A model generated the notes under the pieces. It saw only the letters and a program-made list of their open reading frames with translations, searched no databases and was not told where the DNA came from. The translations under genes were made by a program, and so were the position numbers. Below are positions 18,760 to 28,333 of a DNA stretch of 36,569 bases, in pieces (positions within the stretch are counted from its first letter, which is position 1; each line of letters starts with the position of its first letter). The DNA comes from a virus (taxonomy: Duplodnaviria; Heunggongvirae; Uroviricota; Caudoviricetes). The DNA is taken from IMG/VR virus record IMGVR_UViG_2684622554_000001. The stretch is one strand, 5' to 3'.

Positions 18760-19185
18760 ATGAAGAAATTATCCCTTTCACTGATGCTGAATGTGTCGCT
18801 GGCGCTGATGCTGGCACTGTCCCTGATTTACCCGCAGAGCGTGGCCGTCAATTTTGTCGCCGCCTGGGCGATTCTGGCGACGGTTATCTGTGTGGTTGCC
18901 GGTGGTGTCGGCGTGTATGCCACTGAGTATGTGCTGGAACGCTACGGGCGGGAGCTGCCACCGGAATCGCTGGCCGTGAAGATTGTCACGTCACTGTTTT
19001 TGCAGCCGGTGCCGTGGTGCAGACGGGCAGTGGCTCTGGTGGCGATGGTGGCGACATTTATCTCGCTGGTCGCCGCCGGATGGATTTTTACCGCGCTGAT
19101 TTATCTTGTGGCGTCGCTGTTTTTCCGGCTGATACGTAAAGCCTGTCGTCAGCGTCTTGAGGGGCGGGAATTATGTCAAAGCTGA
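18760..19185 (+). CDS. lysA: Lysis regulator LysA (membrane protein)
   Basis: 141 aa with multiple transmembrane helices. P2 lysA position and length. Confidence 0.7.
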   Translation: MKKLSLSLMLNVSLALMLALSLIYPQSVAVNFVAAWAILATVICVVAGGVGVYATEYVLERYGRELPPESLAVKIVTSLFLQPVPWCRRAVALVAMVATFISLVAAGWIFTALIYLVASLFFRLIRKACRQRLEGRELCQS

Positions 19186-19598
19186 TGATTGTGCTGGTCG
19201 TGTTGTTATCGCTGGCGGTGGCCGGTCTGTTTCTGGTGAAACACAAAAATGCCAGCCTGCGCGCCTCGCTGGACAGGGCGAATAACGTCGCCAGTGAACA
19301 GCAGACGACCATCACCATGCTGAAAAATCAGCTTCATGTTGCCATCACCAGGGCAGACAAAAACGAGCTGGCGCAGGTGGCACTGCGTCAGGAACTGGAG
19401 AACGCCGCGAAGCGTGAAGCACAGCGCGAGAAAACCATCACGAGGTTACTCAATGAAAACGAAGATTTTCGCCGCTGGTACGGCGATGATCTGCCTGATG
19501 CTGTGCGCCGGTTGCACCAGCGCCCCGCCTGCACCGACGCCAGTGATTGTCCACAACGCCTGCCCGAAAGTGAGCCTTTGCCCGATGCCGGGCAGTGA
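19173..19598 (+). CDS. lysB: LysB (Rz-like inner-membrane spanin)
   Basis: 141 aa. N-terminal transmembrane segment followed by a coiled-coil-like region. Confidence 0.7.
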   Translation: MSKLMIVLVVLLSLAVAGLFLVKHKNASLRASLDRANNVASEQQTTITMLKNQLHVAITRADKNELAQVALRQELENAAKREAQREKTITRLLNENEDFRRWYGDDLPDAVRRLHQRPACTDASDCPQRLPESEPLPDAGQ

Positions 19599-19743
19599 CC
19601 CGCAGACGAACGGCGATTTAAGTGCCGATATCCGGCAGCTTGAGAACGCGCTGGCGCGCTGTGCCAGCCAGGTAAAAATGATTAAACACTGTCAGGACGA
19701 AAACGATGCTCAAACCCGACAGCCTGCGCAGGGCGCTGACTGA
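19453..19743 (+). CDS. lysC: LysC (Rz1-like outer-membrane lipoprotein spanin), embedded in and overlapping lysB in another frame
   Basis: 96 aa from MKTKIF. Lipobox LCAGC. Proline-rich. GAGG SD. Confidence 0.7.
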   Translation: MKTKIFAAGTAMICLMLCAGCTSAPPAPTPVIVHNACPKVSLCPMPGSDPQTNGDLSADIRQLENALARCASQVKMIKHCQDENDAQTRQPAQGAD

Positions 19744-20172
19744 TGCCGTCACGGTGCTGAAAACCAGCCCCGAGATGCTGCGGATATTCGTGGATAACGG
19801 GAGTATTGCCTCCACACTGGCGACGTCGCTGTCATTCGAAAAGCGTTACACGCTCAATGTGATTGTGACCGACTTTACCGGTGATTTTGACCTGCTCATT
19901 GTGCCGGTGCTGGCGTGGCTGCGGAGAATCAGCCCGACATCATGACCACCGACGCAGGCCAGAAAAAGGGCTTCACGTTTTATGCAGACATCAACAATGA
20001 CAGCAGCTTTGATATCAGCATCAGCCTGATGCTGACCGAGCGCACGCTGGTCAGTGAGGTGGACGGCGCGCTGCATGTGAAGAATATCCCGGAACCCCCG
20101 CCGCCGGAGCCGGTCACCCGCCCGATGGAGCTTTATATCAATGGCGAACTGGTGAGCAAGTGGGATGAATGA
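19706..20172 (+). pseudogene. R: Tail completion protein gpR, interrupted by an apparent -1 frameshift near 19891..19945
   Basis: Two overlapping ORFs (19706..19945 and 19915..20172) in frames differing by one base. Total 467 nt, one short of the 468 nt needed for a 155-aa P2 gpR. Confidence 0.7.
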
Positions 20173-20617
20173 GTTTAAGCGTTTTGAAGACCGGCTGGCC
20201 GGACTTATTGAATCGCTGTCACCGTCAGGGCGTCGGCGACTGAGTGCCGAACTGGCGAAACGTCTGCGTCAGAGTCAGCAGCGTCGGGTGATGGCACAGA
20301 AAGCCCCGGACGGCACACCCTACGCGCCACGCCAGCAGCAGAGAGCCAGAAAAAAGACCGGTCGCGTTAAGCGAAAAATGTTTGCGAAACTTATCACCAG
20401 TCGTTTTTTGCATATCCGCGCCAGCCCGGAACAGGCATCAATGGAATTTTACGGCGGGAAGTCACCGAAAATCGCCAGCGTGCATCAGTTTGGTCTGTCG
20501 GAAGAAACCCGGAAAGACGGTAAGAAAATTGATTATCCGGCGCGTCCTTTGCTCGGCTTTACCGGTAAGGATGTGCAGATGATTGAAGAGATTATCCTGG
20601 CTCACCTCGATCGTTAG
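20165..20617 (+). CDS. S: Tail completion protein gpS
   Basis: 150 aa, the same length as P2 gpS. Confidence 0.85.
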   Translation: MNEFKRFEDRLAGLIESLSPSGRRRLSAELAKRLRQSQQRRVMAQKAPDGTPYAPRQQQRARKKTGRVKRKMFAKLITSRFLHIRASPEQASMEFYGGKSPKIASVHQFGLSEETRKDGKKIDYPARPLLGFTGKDVQMIEEIILAHLDR

Positions 20618-20767
20618 TTGTGCAATTTTTTTACGCTTTATTGCTGAGTTGTTGATTGTTGTATAACACTCTTTGTATTTTCGTCGGATAAGTTTTAATT
20701 GCCACTTGAAAATATACAGTCGATTGGGGCATAAGGATTCATCAATGGTGATCGTTTGAATGTTTAA

Positions 20768-20798
20768 GGCCGCGATAAAATGTCGCGGCCAGTTTTTT
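20768..20798. terminator. Rho-independent terminator between S and cargo B
   Basis: GGCCGCGA-TAAAATG-TCGCGGCC 8-bp stem followed by TTTTTT. Confidence 0.6.
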
Positions 20799-20821
20799 CC
20801 GTTTGCGAACTGACCAGGTTG

Positions 20822-21565
20822 TTATCTGGTTAAATAAGTGAGCTCACTCTCTTTAGGTATTAGCTGAGTGTCTCCTCCCCATTCGTTCATGATGTTTTTT
20901 CTCGCATTCCAGTATTCTTGGTAAGTATCTTGATGAACAGTGTAGATACTTGCTAAAAGCCAGTGTTGATACTTAAGAGTCGTGTATTGGTATTCTTCTA
21001 TTATCGGTAAAATGAATAAGTTTTTTTGCTTTAGTGAGATTAAATATTCTTTTGTTTGTTTGGTGGTTCTGTCATTGTTTAAGATTCTTTCAATCTTAAA
21101 TGAAAAGCCGTGCATGTTTATATTTCTTTGGAGGTGCATGAATGATGATATTGATGGGGCGATCATGTTTTGATGCGTCAGGATGTTTCTTAAATCCTCC
21201 ATTAATTTTATTACTGGATTATTTCGGAATTCATGATTGATGAATGCCTCTGATTTGATTTTAATGTCGGCAATATTTAATGCTTTTGTTTTAAGTAGGT
21301 TGCGCGTTGAATCTCTAAATGATAATGCTGAAGATATATAATTGAAAAGGTGTCTTGATATGTTTAAATGTTCTTTTTTAAATTTGTCTCTGTTAAATGA
21401 ATGACGGGAAACAATGTCAGGGGAGTTGAATTTGCTTAATTCATGTTGGACAACTTCGTAATTGGCAATATGCATATGTCCAAGTAAATTGGTGTCGGAG
21501 ATTTTTAAATACTCTTGGTGGGCGATGGTGTCTTTTTGATTTTCCCAGATTTGATATTTATCCAT
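20822..21565 (-). CDS. Cargo B: AT-rich hypothetical protein with two Rx4H motifs (possible HEPN-type or abortive-infection-like)
   Basis: 247 aa on the strand opposite the tail operon. Strongly AT-rich. Own SD (AAGGA). R126-x4-H131 and R147-x4-H152. Confidence 0.8.
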   Translation of the reverse strand: MDKYQIWENQKDTIAHQEYLKISDTNLLGHMHIANYEVVQHELSKFNSPDIVSRHSFNRDKFKKEHLNISRHLFNYISSALSFRDSTRNLLKTKALNIADIKIKSEAFINHEFRNNPVIKLMEDLRNILTHQNMIAPSISSFMHLQRNINMHGFSFKIERILNNDRTTKQTKEYLISLKQKNLFILPIIEEYQYTTLKYQHWLLASIYTVHQDTYQEYWNARKNIMNEWGGDTQLIPKESELTYLTR

Positions 21566-21648
21566 ACTTCAGTTCCTTCTTGATTGTGCCAAAAATGATA
21601 CAACGGATTGTAATGGTTTATCGAGTATATATCTCTCATTATTGCCGT

Positions 21649-22284
21649 ATGAACACATTATCAAATATTCAGGAACTCGCGCGCGCACTGCGCAACATGA
21701 TACGCACCGGCATTGTCGTCGAAACCGACCTTAACGCCGGTCGCTGCCGTGTGCAGACCGGCGGCATGTGCACCGACTGGCTTCAGTGGCTGACCCATCG
21801 CGCCGGGCGTTCGCGCACATGGTGGGCACCTTCCGTGGGGGAACAGGTGCTGATTCTGGCCGTGGGCGGTGAACTCGACACGGCGTTCGTTCTGCCGGGG
21901 ATTTATTCCGGCGATAACCCCGCGCCGTCTGCGTCGGCGGATGCCCTGCATATCCGTTTCCCTGACGGGGCGGTGATTGAATATGAACCCGAAACCAGTG
22001 CACTTACGGTAAGCGGAATTAAAACGGCCAGCGTGACGGCCTCTGATTCTGTTACTGCCACGGTGCCGGTGGTCATGGTGAAAGCATCAACCCGCGTCAC
22101 CCTGGACACACCGGAGGTGGTCTGCACCAACAGGCTGATTACCGGCACGCTGGAAGTGCAGAAGGGCGGGACGATGCGCGGTAACATTGAACACACCGGC
22201 GGTGAACTTTCATCAAACGGTAAAGTACTGCATACCCATAAACACCCCGGCGACAGCGGCGGCAAAACCGGGAGTCCTCTATGA
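21649..22284 (+). CDS. V: Baseplate spike gpV
   Basis: 211 aa from MNTLSNIQELARALRNM, matching the P2 gpV length. The track start at 21580 is a TTG. Confidence 0.9.
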   Translation: MNTLSNIQELARALRNMIRTGIVVETDLNAGRCRVQTGGMCTDWLQWLTHRAGRSRTWWAPSVGEQVLILAVGGELDTAFVLPGIYSGDNPAPSASADALHIRFPDGAVIEYEPETSALTVSGIKTASVTASDSVTATVPVVMVKASTRVTLDTPEVVCTNRLITGTLEVQKGGTMRGNIEHTGGELSSNGKVLHTHKHPGDSGGKTGSPL

Positions 22285-22628
22285 CAGCGCGTTATCTCGG
22301 AATGAATCGCAGTGATGGTCTGACTGTCACTGACCTTGAGCATATCAGCCAGAGTATCGGCGATATCCTGCGCACACCGGTCGGCTCACGGGTGATGCGT
22401 CGTGATTACGGCTCGTTGCTGGCGTCAATGATTGACCAGCCGCAGACCCCGGCGCTTGAGTTGCAGATTAAGGTCGCCTGTTACATGGCCGTGCTGAAAT
22501 GGGAACCCCGCGTCACCCTGTCATCCGTCACCACGGCGCGCAGTTTTGACGGGCGAATGACGGTCACGTTAACCGGTCAGCACAACGACACCGGCCAACC
22601 ACTTTCGTTAACCATCCCTGTGAGTTGA
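22281..22628 (+). CDS. W: Baseplate wedge gpW
   Basis: 115 aa, the same length as P2 gpW. Overlaps the V stop. Confidence 0.9.
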   Translation: MTARYLGMNRSDGLTVTDLEHISQSIGDILRTPVGSRVMRRDYGSLLASMIDQPQTPALELQIKVACYMAVLKWEPRVTLSSVTTARSFDGRMTVTLTGQHNDTGQPLSLTIPVS

Positions 22629-22632
22629 AACC

Positions 22633-23540
22633 ATGCCGATTATCGACCTGAACCAGCTACCCGCACCGGATGTGGTCGAGGAGTTGGACTTTGAAACCAT
22701 TCTCGCTGAACGCAAGGCGACACTGATTTCCCTTTACCCGGAAGACCAGCAGGAGGCGGTCGCCCGTACCCTGACGCTGGAATCTGAGCCTCTCGTCAAA
22801 CTGCTGGAGGAAAATGCTTATCGTGAGCTTATCTGGCGTCAGCGTGTGAATGAGGCTGCGCGGGCGGTGATGCTGGCCTGTGCCGCCGGTAATGACCTTG
22901 ATGTGATTGGTGCCAATTACAACACCACGCGCCTGACTATCACCCCGGCAGATGATTCGACCATCCCGCCGACACCGGCAGTGATGGAGTCTGACACCGA
23001 TTATCGTCTGCGTATTCAGCAGGCGTTTGAGGCTTAAGCGTCGCCGGGTCGGTGGGAGCCTATCAGTATCATGGTCGCAGTGCCGACGGGCGTGTCGCGG
23101 ATATCTCTGTCACCAGTCCGTCTCCGGCCTGCGTCACTATCTCCGTGCTGTCTCGCGAAAATAACGGTGTTGCATCCGAAGACCTGCTGGCGGTGGTGCG
23201 CAACGCCCTGAATGGTGAGGACGTCAGGCCGGTGGCCGACCGCGTGACCGTGCAGTCTGCCGCCATCGTTGAATACCAGATAAACGCCACGCTTTACCTT
23301 TACCCTGGTCCCGAAAGCGAACCCATCCGCGCTGCTGCCGTGAAAAAACTGGAAGCGTACATCACGGCACAGCACCGGCTGGGGCGCGACATCCGTCTGT
23401 CTGCTATTTATGCCGCTTTGCATGTGGAAGGCGTGCAGCGTGTCGAGCTGGCTGCACCACTGGCCGACATTGTGCTCAACAGTACGCAGGCGTCTTTCTG
23501 CACCGAATACCGCGTCGTGACCGGGGGCTCGGATGAGTGA
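22633..23540 (+). pseudogene. J: Baseplate protein gpJ with an apparent 1-bp deletion (G run at 23031..23032)
   Basis: Split into 22633..23037 and 23052..23540. Combined 908 nt, one short of 909 nt for the 302-aa P2 gpJ. Frames join at ...IQQAFE / LSVAGSVGAYQ. Confidence 0.8.
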
Positions 23541-24063
23541 TTCGCGACTGCTGCCGACCGGCTCATCACCGCTTGAAGTTGCCGCCGCAAAAGCCTGTGC
23601 GGAAATTGAAAAAACGCCGGTCAGTATTCGTGAACTGTGGAACCCGGACACCTGTCCGGCAAATCTGCTGCCGTGGCTGGCGTGGGCGTTTTCGGTCGAC
23701 AGGTGGGATGAAAAGTGGCCGGAAGCGACAAAACGCGCCGTTATCCGCGATGCCTATTTCATCCACTGTCATAAGGGCACGATAGGTGCAATCCGGCGTG
23801 TGGTGGAGCCGCTGGGCTATCTCATCAACGTGACGGAGTGGTGGGAAACCAGTGACCCGCCGGGCACCTTCCGGCTTGATATTGGTGTACTGGAAAGTGG
23901 CATCACAGAGGCAATGTATCAGGAAATGGAACGGCTGATTGCTGATGCCAAACCTGCAAGCCGTCACCTTATTGGCCTGAACATTACCCGGGACATTCCC
24001 GGCTACCTGTTCGCCGGTGGTGTGGCTTACGACGGCGATGTAATTACGGTTTACCCCGGATAA
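23533..24063 (+). CDS. I: Baseplate protein gpI
   Basis: 176 aa, the same length as P2 gpI. Confidence 0.9.
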   Translation: MSDSRLLPTGSSPLEVAAAKACAEIEKTPVSIRELWNPDTCPANLLPWLAWAFSVDRWDEKWPEATKRAVIRDAYFIHCHKGTIGAIRRVVEPLGYLINVTEWWETSDPPGTFRLDIGVLESGITEAMYQEMERLIADAKPASRHLIGLNITRDIPGYLFAGGVAYDGDVITVYPG

Positions 24064-24073
24064 GTGAGGAATA

Positions 24074-25615
24074 ATGAGCACAAAATTCAGAACCGTTATC
24101 ACCACTGCCGGTGCAGCAAAGCTGGCAGCGGCAACCGCGCCGGGAGGGCGGAAGGTCAACATTACCACGATGGCCGTCGGGGATGGCGGTGGTAAATTGC
24201 CTGTCCCGGATGCCGGACAGACCGGGCTTATCCATGAAGTCTGGCGACATGCGCTGAACAAAATCAGCCAGGACAAACGAAACAGTAATTATATTATCGC
24301 AGAGCTGGTTATTCCGCCGGAGGTGGGCGGTTTCTGGATGCGTGAGCTTGGCCTGTACGATGATGCGGGAACATTAATTGCCGTGGCGAACATGGCCGAA
24401 AGTTATAAGCCAGCTCTTGCCGAAGGCTCAGGGCGTTCGCAGACCTGTCGCATGGTCATCATCGTCAGCAGTGTGGCCTCAGTGGCGCTGACCATTGACA
24501 CCACAACGGTGATGGCGACGCAGGATTACGTTGATGACAAAATTGCAGAGCATGAACAGTCACGACGTCACCCGGACGCCTCGCTGACCGCAAAAGGTTT
24601 TACTCAGTTAAGCAGTGCGATCAACAGCACGTCTGAAACACTGGCCGCAACGCCGAAAGCGGTAAAGGCCGCGTATGATCTTGCTAACGGGAAATACACT
24701 GCGCAGGATGCCACCACAGCGCGAAAAGGCCTTGTCCAGCTCAGTAGCGCCACCAACAGCACGTCTGAAACGCTCGCCGCTACACCAAAAGCGGTAAAGG
24801 CAGCATATGACCTTGCTAACGGGAAATACACTGCACAGGACGCCACCACAGCGCGAAAAGGTCTTGTCCAGCTCAGTAGCGCCACCAACAGCGATTCTGA
24901 AACGCTTGCAGCAACGCCAAAGGCGGTTAAGACAGCGTATGACCTTGCTAACGGGAAATACACTGCGCAGGATGCCACCACGGCGCGAAAAGGCCTTGTC
25001 CAGCTCAGTAGCGCCACCAACAGTGATTCTGAAACGCTGGCCGCAACACCAAAAGCAGTGAAGTCTGCCTATGACAATGCTGAAAAACGTCTTCAGAAAG
25101 ATCAGAACGGTGCGGATATTCCGGGAAAGGATACCTTCACGAAAAATATCGGTGCCTGTCGTGCTTATAGCGGCGCTTTGAGCACTGAAGCCGGAAACTG
25201 GACAACCGCTCAGTTTATTGAATGGCTGGATTCCCGTGGTGCATTTAATCATCCGTACTGGATGTGCAAATGTTCATGGTCATACGGCAATAATAAAATT
25301 ATTACCGATACTGGCTGTGGAACTATTCATCTTGCAGGTTGCGTTATTGAGGTTATGGGTAATAAAGGTGCCATGACCATCCGTGTAACAACACCAAGCA
25401 CTTCCACCGGAGGCGGCACCACTAACGCTCAATTCACTTATATTAATCATGGTGATGCTTATGCTCCTGGCTGGCGACGAGACTACAACACGAAAAACCA
25501 GCAGCCTGCATTTGCTTTAGGGAAAACAGGAAGCACTGTCGGAAATGATAAAGCTGTTGGCTGGAACTGGAATAGCGGGTCTATCAAGCAAATATTGGTG
25601 GCGCATCGACATTAA
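24074..25615 (+). CDS. H: Tail fiber protein gpH (N-terminal and repeat region); likely continues into 25630..26001 through a frameshift
   Basis: N-terminal about 180 aa resemble the P2 gpH N-terminus (MSxKFRTVITTAGAAKLAAATAPG...). GAGGA SD. Ends abruptly at ...LVAHRH. Confidence 0.85.
   Translation: MSTKFRTVITTAGAAKLAAATAPGGRKVNITTMAVGDGGGKLPVPDAGQTGLIHEVWRHALNKISQDKRNSNYIIAELVIPPEVGGFWMRELGLYDDAGTLIAVANMAESYKPALAEGSGRSQTCRMVIIVSSVASVALTIDTTTVMATQDYVDDKIAEHEQSRRHPDASLTAKGFTQLSSAINSTSETLAATPKAVKAAYDLANGKYTAQDATTARKGLVQLSSATNSTSETLAATPKAVKAAYDLANGKYTAQDATTARKGLVQLSSATNSDSETLAATPKAVKTAYDLANGKYTAQDATTARKGLVQLSSATNSDSETLAATPKAVKSAYDNAEKRLQKDQNGADIPGKDTFTKNIGACRAYSGALSTEAGNWTTAQFIEWLDSRGAFNHPYWMCKCSWSYGNNKIITDTGCGTIHLAGCVIEVMGNKGAMTIRVTTPSTSTGGGTTNAQFTYINHGDAYAPGWRRDYNTKNQQPAFALGKTGSTVGNDKAVGWNWNSGSIKQILVAHRH
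24608..25075 (+). repeat. In-frame tandem repeat inside H: 132-bp (44-aa) unit, about 3.5 copies
   Basis: LSSA[TI]NS[TD]SETLAATPKAVK[AT]AYDLANGKYTAQDATTARKGLVQ repeated. Causes long spurious antisense ORFs in the track. Confidence 0.9.
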
Positions 25616-25629
25616 TCCTCCATTTCAAT

Positions 25630-26001
25630 ATGAGCGAGGGGAGTTGCCCTGCCGTACAGTTCCGTGTGAATTATAAGAACGGCGGTATTTATTATCGTTC
25701 AGCGCGTGATGGTTATGGATTTGAGGCTGACTGGTCAGAGTTTTACACCACAACCCGCAAACCCTCTGCGGGAGATGTTGGTGCATATACCAAAGATGAA
25801 TCGGATTCTCGCTATGTACGAGATATTCGCCTGGGCACACGTGTTGTTCAGACTATGAAAAAAGGTGTGATGTATGAGAAAGCAGGGCACGTAATTACCG
25901 GGCTTGGTATTGTCGGTGAAGTCGATGGTGATGACCCCGCAGTATTCAGACCAATACAAAAATACATCAATGGAACATGGTATAACGTCGCACAGGTGTA
26001 A
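25630..26001 (+). pseudogene. Tail fiber C-terminal (receptor-binding) segment, probably the 3' part of H separated by a 1-bp deletion
   Basis: No SD before the ATG at 25630. Its frame is open upstream to 25576, overlapping the H 3' end, and the frame offset is the same -1 seen in R, J, FII and T. Confidence 0.45.
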
Positions 26002-26004
26002 TTT

Positions 26005-26532
26005 ATGCAGCATTTAAAAAATATTATTGCGGGTAATCCAAAAACTGTTGCCCAATATCAACTGACAAAAAATTTTGATGTTATCTGGTTATGGTCCGAA
26101 GAGGGAAAAAACTGGTATGAGGAAGTAAATAATTTTCAGGAGGACACGATAAAGATTGTTTACGACGAGAATAATATAATTGTCGGCATCACCAGAGATG
26201 CTTCAACGCTTAACCCTGAAGGTTTTAGCGTTGTCGAGGTTCCTGATATTACCGCCAACCGACGTGCTGATGACTCAGGTAAATGGATGTTTAAGGATGG
26301 TGCCGTGATTAAGCGGATTTATACGGCAGACGAACAGCAACAACAGGCCGAATCACAAAAGGCCGCGTTACTTTCCGAAGCGGAAAGCGTTATCCAGCCG
26401 CTGGAACGCGCCGTCAGGCTGAATATGGCGACGGATGAGGAGCGCGCACGACTGGAGTCATGGGAACGCTACAGCGTTCTGGTCAGCCGTGTGGATCCTG
26501 CAAATCCTGAATGGCCGGAAATACCGCAATAA
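26005..26532 (+). CDS. G: Tail fiber assembly chaperone gpG
   Basis: 175 aa, the same length as P2 gpG. Immediately after the tail fiber. Confidence 0.85.
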   Translation: MQHLKNIIAGNPKTVAQYQLTKNFDVIWLWSEEGKNWYEEVNNFQEDTIKIVYDENNIIVGITRDASTLNPEGFSVVEVPDITANRRADDSGKWMFKDGAVIKRIYTADEQQQQAESQKAALLSEAESVIQPLERAVRLNMATDEERARLESWERYSVLVSRVDPANPEWPEIPQ

Positions 26533-26821
26533 GTTGTATGATATCTGGAGTGAGCTAACGTATCTATGGCACAGAGTAAAACTTAATCTGACAGTCTGCT
26601 CTGTACCAAAAGCGGAACTTGCTTACATCGTGCTATGTTAGTTTACTGGGAGCAGGTCATTATCTACGTGATTGCTATTTTATAACTTGGATAAAATGGG
26701 GATGAACATAATATCGAGACAGTGATTGCAGAGTTAGTCATTATAGGCGGGCATCAGTTCATGCCGGATCTCTAATGCAATTATCAGGAAAATATGGGAC
26801 GTTTTATCAATCAGAGGAAAT

Positions 26822-28048
26822 ATGTTACAGTTCAGCTTTGTATCAAATGACGTTGTTATGACTTACGACGGTGACAGCGGAGAACAAATAATTTGGGTTT
26901 GGGAGAGTTTAAATAAATTTCAAACAGTATGCATTTCACGAATTTTTAACTTTCAACTCCAGGATTTGAGAAACCCACCGTCAACCGTTCAGGATTTTAA
27001 TGATTACGAATATTCCTTTAATTTTGGCACGCTTAATAATGAATACATAACAGTTCCGGGACGGATTCTAAGCATTAATCGAGATGTCCTTATACATAAG
27101 TCCATCAAGCTTGAAAGGAAAGTATTTGCGTCAGAACGCAACGTCTCCATTTTTGGTCGGCTTTCAAAACTACTCGAACACACTAATCCCATCATCATCG
27201 GAGGAGATAAGCCGGAAGCTATACCAAAAAGCGTATTCCAGGAGTTGCAAAGTAAATTCCCCAACACAGGGGAACTGGATCGCTATGCTAATGCAAGGGT
27301 TCACGCTATTCTCGCAGGTTATCTTGATGGTATGAAAGATGCTCGCGAACGGTATGAACATTACCTAAACAGAAAAACAGTGATCAGAAAAACCGACAAA
27401 CTGGATTTAGAAGTTTTAAATAAGCTCGAAATTGAGAAATATACACTCATAAGAGACATTATCCAGGATGCGTTGAATAACAAAACTAACTTGTCTGAAG
27501 ATGACTGGCAGAGCCTGATGATACCCTTCATCACATTACTTTTTCCAAAATATATCAAGGTCCTCGAGAAGGTTAAAATTTTCGACTATTACTCTAATCC
27601 TTCGGCTAAAACAAATCGGTTTATAGACATTGCACTGGTGGATGCAAACGGCAACCTTGATATCATCGAAGTCAAAAAGCCGTTTGATGATAAGATCCTT
27701 CGCAAGACGCCCTATCGCGATAACTATATTCCTACATCAGAACTTAGCGGCGGTATTATGCAGGCTGAAAAGTATATTTTTCATTTATCTAAATGGGGTG
27801 TTAAGGGTGAAAAAGAGCTTACGAATGCCTACAAGAATTCTCTGCCAGCGGGAATGTGTATTCGTATATCTAACCCAAAAGCCATCATCATTGTCGGGCG
27901 CGATCAGATAGCGAACGGTAACATGACCGACGGTCAGTTGCTTGATTTTGAGATAATCAAACGTAAGTACGCCAACATGATAGACATATTGACGTACGAC
28001 GACCTGTTGCGTCGACTTAATAATACGATTGAAGCATTGAAAGGTTGA
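26822..28048 (+). CDS. Cargo C (Z/fun slot): protein with C-terminal PD-(D/E)xK nuclease signature, possibly Shedu/DUF4263-like
   Basis: 408 aa, AT-rich. RFID269IALVD...DIIE283VK285 with Q314 downstream. Own SD (GAGGAAAT). Located between G and FI. Confidence 0.85.
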   Translation: MLQFSFVSNDVVMTYDGDSGEQIIWVWESLNKFQTVCISRIFNFQLQDLRNPPSTVQDFNDYEYSFNFGTLNNEYITVPGRILSINRDVLIHKSIKLERKVFASERNVSIFGRLSKLLEHTNPIIIGGDKPEAIPKSVFQELQSKFPNTGELDRYANARVHAILAGYLDGMKDARERYEHYLNRKTVIRKTDKLDLEVLNKLEIEKYTLIRDIIQDALNNKTNLSEDDWQSLMIPFITLLFPKYIKVLEKVKIFDYYSNPSAKTNRFIDIALVDANGNLDIIEVKKPFDDKILRKTPYRDNYIPTSELSGGIMQAEKYIFHLSKWGVKGEKELTNAYKNSLPAGMCIRISNPKAIIIVGRDQIANGNMTDGQLLDFEIIKRKYANMIDILTYDDLLRRLNNTIEALKG

Positions 28049-28333
28049 ATGCCCATGAGGTTCACACCCACAACGGGGAGCAGGTCACTTCCTCTTGTTT
28101 GATTGACATACCATAACGTCTGCTTTTGGCTCAAAGCAGACTGTCTGATTTGATAGCTTTTGGGCTATGTAAATTGTCAGTTGAAAAATGAGTGAGTACA
28201 AATCAGGACGGGCGGCGAGTTGCCCGCCTTTTCTTTAATCTGTTGTTTCATCCACTGACCAGTCAGGTCAAATAGCGTCTTATGCACTGCCCAACAGAAA
28301 ATAGTTGCACCCATTAACCACGGAGTTAAACGG

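Noticed and set aside
23566-25252. Long minus-strand ORFs (236 aa, 214 aa, 138 aa) over I and H
   Set aside because: They are produced by the in-frame tandem repeats and the GC-rich tail-gene sequence. The sense strand encodes recognisable tail fiber and baseplate proteins.
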